DNA of 60,485 nucleotides from Candidatus Pacearchaeota archaeon (GTDB lineage Archaea > Nanobdellota > Nanobdellia > Pacearchaeales > GW2011-AR1), in NCBI GenBank assembly GCA_009694725.1, contig SICV01000005.1:1-60485 (forward strand), written 5' to 3'. The position numbers were made by a program, and so were the translations under genes. This document shows positions 1 to 6,094 of this stretch, one piece after another. The stretch's first letter is position 1. Each line of letters begins with the position of its first letter. The notes beneath the pieces are model-generated. The model ran no database searches, was not told the DNA's origin, and was given only the letters and a program-made list of their open reading frames with translations.

Positions 1-53
1 AGATAGCAAAACAAGACGGACAAATTATCGGCGAAATAGAATTCACAGAATAA
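1..53 (+). CDS. 3' end of a gene cut by the window edge (...IAKQDGQIIGEIEFTE*)
   Basis: Open frame ending TAA at 51-53, followed by a terminator-like hairpin. Confidence 0.5.
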   Translation, partial: IAKQDGQIIGEIEFTE

Positions 54-105
54 ATTTTAATCATACTTTTTCTCAAAGTAACCATTTGGGGAAATTACCA
101 TAAGG

Positions 106-132
106 GCAGAGGTTCGTCTTCCTCTGCTTTTT
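106..132 (+). terminator. Hairpin plus T-tract terminator-like element
   Basis: GCAGAGG(106-112)-8 nt loop-CCTCTGC(121-127) followed by TTTTT. Confidence 0.55.
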
Positions 133-170
133 ATTTTACTAGTAATCTTAGAATATTTTACTAGTAATCT
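132..170. repeat. 17-bp direct repeat TATTTTACTAGTAATCT x2, each copy with a palindromic core
   Basis: Copies at 132-148 and 154-170 (22-bp period); core TTACTAGTAA; immediately upstream of TATA TTTATATA (183-190). Confidence 0.8.
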
Positions 171-211
171 CTAACAAAACCCTTTATATAACCTTGATAA
201 GAATAATTTTT

Positions 212-364
212 ATGGATAAATTAAATAAAATTGAACAAAAACTTCAAGAAATGTCTGAAATACTTTCTTTACCTAAAGAAACCATAAGAAAAATGGCCGT
301 AATTAGGAGTAAAGAATTAAATAACTTGTTGAATGAGAGAATGAAATTATATGGATTTAAATAA
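212..364 (+). CDS. Small 50-aa helical hypothetical protein (MDKLNKIEQKLQEMSEILSLPKETIRKMAV...)
   Basis: Translated by hand (below the ORF-track cutoff); TATA box about 22 nt upstream. Confidence 0.55.
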   Translation: MDKLNKIEQKLQEMSEILSLPKETIRKMAVIRSKELNNLLNERMKLYGFK

Positions 365-466
365 AGCTGAGATGATTTGTATACATTAAGATTATTAAGT
401 TCTTTATAAATAGGCTAAGAAAGTTATTAACAAAGGGTTTAAAAGTTAATAATTGGATTCCCCCGT

Positions 467-1792
467 ATGAATACGAGTAACTTATACAACGACCTTAAGA
501 AGCGTCTAGAATCGATAGAAAAAAGGCTCGTTAATCAACCAATAACTCCATCTTCTTATAAAGAAAAAGAGTTCTTAGCGACTATTACCGAATTGGAAGA
601 TTTAGTACGAGATAAGAAATTCTCTAGTATTGCTGAAGAAGTAGCTCGTTCAACATTCTTCAAAGAAAAGTGCAAGAGAATTAGAAAAATCTATGAGATA
701 TTTGAAGTATTTCTAGAAACAGAACAATATCTCGCTAATCTTGATAAGAAACTATCCATAGACAATAACCAACTCAAAAGAACATTTGAGTTTGCAAAGC
801 GAGAAGGCGAAGCCTCTGGAATGAATGATAAATCTCATGTGTTGTTTGTAGGGAGTGGAGCATTTCCTGAAACTGCTCTTGCCTACGCATTAACATTTAA
901 TTGCCAAGTTACCTGTCTTGATTATAATGTACAAGCCGTATCTTTATCTTCCAAGCTAATAGAAAAACAAGGATTACAAAATAAAGTAAAAGTTCTCTAT
1001 GGAGATGCGACAGAATTTAATTACGAAGGATATACCCATATTGTAGTTGCCGCTCTAGCCCATCCGAAGAATGAAATATTAACAAGAATTTGCAATACGT
1101 GCAAAAGTGCCGTAAACATTGTTTGCAGAACCGTAGAAGGAATAAGAAGTTTAATCTACGAACCTGCTGACGACCTGTTGCTAGAACATTACGACCTTAT
1201 TGAGAAAGTAAATGGAAGTTCAGAAACAATAGTTCATTCTCTCATTTTACGACACTTTCCCCACTCGACTAAAAAAGAACTAGAGTATCTTCCCTTCCAA
1301 TCAAAAGATGCACAAGAAGTGAGAGAGTTCTGTCTAAGAATCATAAAAGAAGAATACAATATAGACTACACTCCAGAATATCATACAGATTTGGACTTAT
1401 TGGGTAAAAAAGATGATATGTATTCTACTGATAAGAAAGGAGTATTTTTAGTTGTTAAGTATAAGAATCGAGTTGTAGGAGTTGGCGGTTTGAGGAATTT
1501 ATCAACTAAACCCCTAATAGCTAAGCAATTTAGCAATCGTTATGAGAACAAAGACATAGGTTCTTTGTGGCGAGTATACATAGATAAAGCATGGAGAGAT
1601 TACGGCATTGGCACAGAAATTGTTAATCGCTTAGAGGATGTAGCAAAGAAGTATAGTTATAAACAAATTTATCTTCATACGTCTCTTAAGAATCCTGATG
1701 CTGTGGAGTTTTGGAAAAGAAAGGGCTATATTGTATTCTTAGAAGAAGACAATGAAGACCAGACCGTACACATGGATAAACTGCTTAATTAG
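467..1792 (+). CDS. Nicotianamine synthase/CntL-like SAM-dependent domain fused to a C-terminal GNAT acetyltransferase
   Basis: VLFVGSGAFPETAL, IVVAALAHPK and VCRTVEGIRSLIYEP match NAS-family motifs; RVYIDKAWRDYGIGT and AVEFWKRKGY match GNAT motifs A and B. Confidence 0.75.
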   Translation: MNTSNLYNDLKKRLESIEKRLVNQPITPSSYKEKEFLATITELEDLVRDKKFSSIAEEVARSTFFKEKCKRIRKIYEIFEVFLETEQYLANLDKKLSIDNNQLKRTFEFAKREGEASGMNDKSHVLFVGSGAFPETALAYALTFNCQVTCLDYNVQAVSLSSKLIEKQGLQNKVKVLYGDATEFNYEGYTHIVVAALAHPKNEILTRICNTCKSAVNIVCRTVEGIRSLIYEPADDLLLEHYDLIEKVNGSSETIVHSLILRHFPHSTKKELEYLPFQSKDAQEVREFCLRIIKEEYNIDYTPEYHTDLDLLGKKDDMYSTDKKGVFLVVKYKNRVVGVGGLRNLSTKPLIAKQFSNRYENKDIGSLWRVYIDKAWRDYGIGTEIVNRLEDVAKKYSYKQIYLHTSLKNPDAVEFWKRKGYIVFLEEDNEDQTVHMDKLLN

Positions 1793-1956
1793 TAACAAAT
1801 TGGGACACTTTGTTCTCGCGCGTGGTCCGGGCGTTTAACTAAACGCACGAGCCAGGGTCTGCACGATGCAATCTGGCCAGCGTTTTCTTTCTCTTATCAA
1901 AAAGCATACCTTTACATACCCTCTCGATGGTTTAAAATAAGAGGAGGTAAACACAC

Positions 1957-2148
1957 ATGAACGGTACAGTAAAATTTTTCAATGATATGAAAGGATTTGG
2001 ATTCGTCTCTGGTGAAGACGGCAAAGACTACTTTGTCCATTCCACTAGTTTGACGTCTGGCGTCACGTTAAAAGAAGGAGACGTAGTCTCATTCGACGTA
2101 GAACAAGGCGAAAAGGGTCCAAAAGCAGTCAAAGTTGTAAAGAAATAA
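1957..2148 (+). CDS. cspA: Cold-shock protein
   Basis: GTVKFFNDMKGFGFV and DYFVHST (RNP1/RNP2); GGAGGT Shine-Dalgarno upstream. Confidence 0.95.
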   Translation: MNGTVKFFNDMKGFGFVSGEDGKDYFVHSTSLTSGVTLKEGDVVSFDVEQGEKGPKAVKVVKK

Positions 2149-2197
2149 TTTTCTACTACAACTGAGTATGCACATTTCTTTTTTATTTTTTTTAAAT

Positions 2198-3019
2198 TTA
2201 CAACTGCGCATCAATAAGGTAATCTGAACTTGCAAGCATGTTTCTTCTGGCAACTTCTCGAAGGCACGCCTTTTTTTTACTATTGAACAGATCATTGATA
2301 TCCCCAATAGGGTAGTTATCAATCGACATCCCACACGAGAGTAATTCATCAGCAATTGCCTGAAGTTCTTCATGAAATGCCTGAATATCTCCTTCAGTAA
2401 ATCGATATTCTTTTGCAACGCCCAATTTCAAATAATGAAACTGCGTTTTATGGGGAATCTGTTGTTTCTGAGCATGTAAGAGAAAATTATAAAATAATGC
2501 CTGGCGTTCAAACTGTTTCCCTTGTTGTACGCTATTGCTTGTCTTGTAATCAATCACGACACGTTCCCCTACTCCTTTGTCAAGCGCTTGCAAATCAATA
2601 ATGCCTTTCACTCCAATACGCATCACTTCATTTTCCTTTAAAGGAAAGGCAATTGTTTCTTCACACACATGTTCTTCATGCTTATCAATAATCTGAATGC
2701 CTTTAACGACTGCCATTAGATAATCTGTTGGACGTAACGGCTCTCCCTTCAAATCAGTATGCACATGTAAATTACGTTGTTCCCAGAGTTCAGCAAAGAG
2801 GCGATAGGCACCATCCGCATCTACTTCTTTACGAGCATATTTTTCTAAACACGTATGCACCACATTTCCTGAAAGCCCATAACACACAGGCACTTTTGTA
2901 TCATCCGGCACTTTCGCGATATACGTTAAATAAAACAACAACGGACTCTGATAATACACATTCAAACTCGAAGGGGACAAATTAAATGCAATTTTGCCAT
3001 CACCTGTTCCTATCACCAT
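2198..3019 (-). CDS. PD-(D/E)XK nuclease superfamily protein (RecB/AddB-like)
   Basis: LSPSSLN, GNVVHTCLE, KGIIDL, VVIDYKTS, QALFY; start moved to MVIGTG at 3019. Confidence 0.85.
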   Translation of the reverse strand: MVIGTGDGKIAFNLSPSSLNVYYQSPLLFYLTYIAKVPDDTKVPVCYGLSGNVVHTCLEKYARKEVDADGAYRLFAELWEQRNLHVHTDLKGEPLRPTDYLMAVVKGIQIIDKHEEHVCEETIAFPLKENEVMRIGVKGIIDLQALDKGVGERVVIDYKTSNSVQQGKQFERQALFYNFLLHAQKQQIPHKTQFHYLKLGVAKEYRFTEGDIQAFHEELQAIADELLSCGMSIDNYPIGDINDLFNSKKKACLREVARRNMLASSDYLIDAQL

Positions 3020-3093
3020 CCTTTTATCATAAAATGCAAGCTTAAAACAGTTCCGCTGGTAATGTATAAATGGAATCAAAAGTAAAAAAATAA

Positions 3094-3372
3094 ATGGAAG
3101 GGGAAATAATTCATCAAATAACGATTTACACACTCCAGGAATGGCGAGCGTGGCTACATAAAAATCACCTCACTGAAAAGAAAATTGCTCTTATCAGCTA
3201 CAAGAAACATACGGGCAAACCATCCATCAGCCATCAAGAGGCGATGCATGAAGCAATATGTTTCGACTGGATAGATACGACATTAAACGATTAGATGATG
3301 AACGTTTTCTCCGATATTTGTCAGACGAGGGACAAAGCAAACTGGAGTACGAACACATTGCATTCATACTAG
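3094..3372 (+). pseudogene. YdeI/OmpD-associated family protein, frameshifted and truncated
   Basis: EWRAWLHKNH...YKKHTGKPSISHQEAMHEAICFDWIDT continues across frameshifts as IKRLDDERFLRY / VRRG / KANWSTNTL. Confidence 0.7.
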
Positions 3373-3606
3373 GGCTCCATCTGATCGGAATCACATTTTC
3401 AATCGGCTTCAAGCCTGTGGGTGTCCGTGATTTTGGACTTGCGGCCCATATTATGGATGCCTACACGTTAGACAATAAACTGGCTACAACTGCACATTCT
3501 GTCAATAACTAATAACAAGAAAATAATGCTTCACAAAGGTACAAAGCGTAAAATAAAATAAAAGAGGAGCATCGGATATTAACATATTGTTGCTTCAAAT
3601 AAAAAA

Positions 3607-3873
3607 TTAACCTAATGCAGACCAATTAAAGATGGCATAAATATTGATACTTAAGAAAATAAGATTCATCACCACCAAACCCCAATGTTTAAACTTCCAC
3701 CCAAAGTATAACCACAACACATTTGCAAGACTCCAGACATAAAACCCACTAATCAATTGTTTTGCATTTAACACTGCACCAAAAACACTTAACGCCGTAG
3801 CAGACCACTCAACAAGATGGTGCTTCAATTGTTTCTCAATTGTATAGACCCTCGTGAATTGCCCCTTCTTCAT
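3607..3873 (-). CDS. Small 3-TM PnuC-like (nicotinamide riboside transporter-like) membrane protein
   Basis: EWSATALSVFGAVLNAKQLISGFYVWSLANVLWLYFG pattern; hydrophobic. Confidence 0.55.
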   Translation of the reverse strand: MKKGQFTRVYTIEKQLKHHLVEWSATALSVFGAVLNAKQLISGFYVWSLANVLWLYFGWKFKHWGLVVMNLIFLSINIYAIFNWSALG

Positions 3874-3925
3874 ATCAGCACAAATAAAGCAACCTTTATA
3901 AGTCCTCTCCAGTCCCTATCACCAT

Positions 3926-4001
3926 AGCGGGGTAGAGCAGCCTGGAGTGCTCGCGAGGCCCATAACCTCGAGGTCGTGTGGTTCAAATCCCACCCCCGCT
4001 A
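3926..4001 (+). tRNA. tRNA-Met(CAT), probably initiator
   Basis: Cloverleaf with AGCGGGG/CCCCGCT acceptor stem (A1-U72), CGAGG-CCCATAA-CCTCG anticodon arm, GTTCAAATC T-loop; TATA at about 3895. Confidence 0.92.
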
Positions 4002-4016
4002 TTAATTTCTTTAAGG

Positions 4017-4108
4017 GGGATTTGAACGGTTCAAATACTACCCTCATTCTTCAGAGAGTATTGTAGGGACCGGTGAACTTTGCTCAACGAGTACCTACTC
4101 CCGCTATT
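4017..4108. repeat. Inverted and direct partial copies of the tRNA-Met 3' end (possible att scar)
   Basis: GGGATTTGAAC (4017-4027) is the reverse complement of 3981-3991; CCTACTCCCGCTATT (4094-4108) matches 3989-4003 at 13/15. Confidence 0.65.
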
Positions 4109-4251
4109 TTTTCTGTAAGAAGTAGACACAGCTGTTTTTCATCACTATCTTCTTTTTAAGAGGACGTTCAGAATATACGGTATGCACTTCAAACCCGGGT
4201 GTGAAGGAAAAGTAGTAAAATTGCCTGAAATACAAGTCTTTTCTCACCAAA

Positions 4252-4461
4252 ATGTGCATCTTAGACAATGCAGCTTGGATTGCATTTGCCTATGCGATGG
4301 TCTTAACACCTATTGGTATTGTCGTTGCTCTCTCTGAAAGCTATATTCTCATCGGAGTGCTCCTAGGTATATGTGTAAATAAAGAACATCTCCAGCTTCA
4401 TCAAAAGTTCGGCCTTATTCTTGCACTCGGGGCGGCTATCTGGTTAGCCACAAGTGTGTGA
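4252..4461 (+). pseudogene. C-terminal fragment of an EamA/DMT transporter
   Basis: PIGIVVALSESYILIGVLLGICVNKEHLQLHQKFGLILAL is a typical EamA C-terminus; the N-terminal part is absent. Confidence 0.65.
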
Positions 4462-4471
4462 CCGTAATATT

Positions 4472-4491
4472 TATATATCAATTGATATATA
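4472..4491. promoter_or_regulatory. Perfect 20-bp palindrome overlapping the TATA box of the TA-like operon
   Basis: TATATATCAATTGATATATA is its own reverse complement and ends 7 nt before ATG 4499. Confidence 0.7.
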
Positions 4492-4498
4492 GTAAGTC

Positions 4499-4774
4499 AT
4501 GCAACAACTCAAACAAAATCCTTTTGCACGCTCACCCACGTTAGAAACAGTACAAATGGTAGAACGAGCAATAGAGGAGAATTCAGGTACCTATACCAGA
4601 ACAGAACTTTGGAAGAAATTGCCGAAGCAAGTAATGTGGCAGACCTATTTGTATATATTAGATTATTTACAAAGCATCAATAAAATAGCTCTTGATCGAG
4701 AAGATCATGTTGCCTATATCTGGAATCCAGAGCTAGCGCAAAAAATGGCTCACCGAAAAAGGATACAACTATAA
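4499..4774 (+). CDS. Winged-helix protein, putative antitoxin
   Basis: SPTLETVQMVE...TRTELWKKLPKQVMWQTYLYILDYL; abuts a RelE-like gene. Confidence 0.6.
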   Translation: MQQLKQNPFARSPTLETVQMVERAIEENSGTYTRTELWKKLPKQVMWQTYLYILDYLQSINKIALDREDHVAYIWNPELAQKMAHRKRIQL

Positions 4775-5107
4775 ATGAAAATCATACGCCCTTCTGAAGT
4801 TATCTTTGCAGATGATGCTGGTGAAAAAGCATTTGATGCATTAGAAAAAGGCAACGAATTAAGAAAATATCTGGAGCGTGCAATAAAGGATATACAACAG
4901 AATGCATTTTGCGGTATTCAGCTCCCAAAGCGTCTCTTTCCTCAAGAATACGTAAAGGAACACAAAATAACGAATCTCTGGAAGTATGATTTGCCCGATG
5001 GATGGAGAGTAGTGTATACCATTACTACTCCAAGCAAAGTTGAAGTGATAGCAATCATTCTCGAATGGTTATCCCATAAAGAATATGAACGGAGGTTCAA
5101 GTACTAA
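4775..5107 (+). CDS. RelE/ParE-like putative toxin
   Basis: NLWKYDLPDGWRVVYTI...LEWLSHKEYERRF. Confidence 0.6.
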   Translation: MKIIRPSEVIFADDAGEKAFDALEKGNELRKYLERAIKDIQQNAFCGIQLPKRLFPQEYVKEHKITNLWKYDLPDGWRVVYTITTPSKVEVIAIILEWLSHKEYERRFKY

Positions 5108-5110
5108 TCC

Positions 5111-5779
5111 ATGTTATACCTCGGTATTGATGATGCAGGGAGAGGCCCCCTTATTGGCCCTATGTATCTGGCAGGAGTATTGGTTGACGCAAAGACCCAA
5201 CAAGCCTGGAAGTCAGAAGGAGTAGCCGATTCAAAGACGCTCTCAGACAAAGAACGATTCCGTTTAGCAGCAATCATTAAAGATGAATGCATAAAATATA
5301 AAGTTATTGAATCAACACCGGCAGAAATAGATCATGCAGTAGACAAAGGAGGCATCAACCTCAATACCTTGGAGGCTCTGAAGGCAGCAGCAATTATTAA
5401 CGAATTGATGATCGGTGTCAAAGAACCAGTTACCATTATTCTTGATTGTCCCTCAATCAACACGCTCTCCTGGAAAGGGACACTCATACAGTTTGTGAAA
5501 AATCAAACGTTAGACATCAAGTGTGAACATAAAGCAGACGCAAATCATCCAAGCGTCAGTGCGGGTTCAATTCTTGCTAAGTGTGCACGTGAAGAAGCAA
5601 TGCATGCGATTCAAAAAGAATATGGGGCAACTGGTTCAGGCTACCCTGCTGATCCGATAACCAAAGAATTTCTTGTCAAAAGCGGAGCAAAATATGCACA
5701 TTCCGGCATCTTCCGAAAGTCCTGGGCAACCTGGAAAGCATTGTTTCCAGTCTCAAACGATCAAAAGACATTATTCTAA
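5111..5779 (+). CDS. rnhB: Ribonuclease HII
   Basis: GIDDAGRGPLIGP, DSKTL, EHKAD, GSGYPADP. Confidence 0.95.
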   Translation: MLYLGIDDAGRGPLIGPMYLAGVLVDAKTQQAWKSEGVADSKTLSDKERFRLAAIIKDECIKYKVIESTPAEIDHAVDKGGINLNTLEALKAAAIINELMIGVKEPVTIILDCPSINTLSWKGTLIQFVKNQTLDIKCEHKADANHPSVSAGSILAKCAREEAMHAIQKEYGATGSGYPADPITKEFLVKSGAKYAHSGIFRKSWATWKALFPVSNDQKTLF

Positions 5780-5989
5780 ATAGGTCTTCAGTCGTGTCTG
5801 AGCTTCAGAAAAAGAAAGAGGGGCATGTCTGTCATAAGGCCGGATGTTAAAGAAAAAATGATTTTCAACATGTGTAGGAGTAACGACTGCTTGCATCCCA
5901 TGAATCTGAGCATGCGCTTGTTCATGGAGCAGACGGCTCAAGGCATACACAATACCGGGGCGATCTTTTTCTGTCTGAAATGAAAGCAC
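5771..5989 (-). CDS. Small ACT-like domain protein or fragment
   Basis: DRPGIVYALSRLL resembles the ACT motif; start uncertain. Confidence 0.35.
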   Translation of the reverse strand: MLSFQTEKDRPGIVYALSRLLHEQAHAQIHGMQAVVTPTHVENHFFFNIRPYDRHAPLSFSEAQTRLKTYLE

Positions 5990-6094
5990 ACAGATACACA
6001 GGCGGGCGTGAGTTTCTTGATACAGTCATGGGCCTCATTTTAATCGATTCAAAGATTCGTCAAGAAGCAATAAAAAGAGAGTATCAAACAAGAC

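Noticed and set aside
2198-3019. Cas4 / CRISPR adaptation gene
   Set aside because: It lacks the four-Cys Fe-S pattern, and no cas genes or repeat-spacer array are visible in the window
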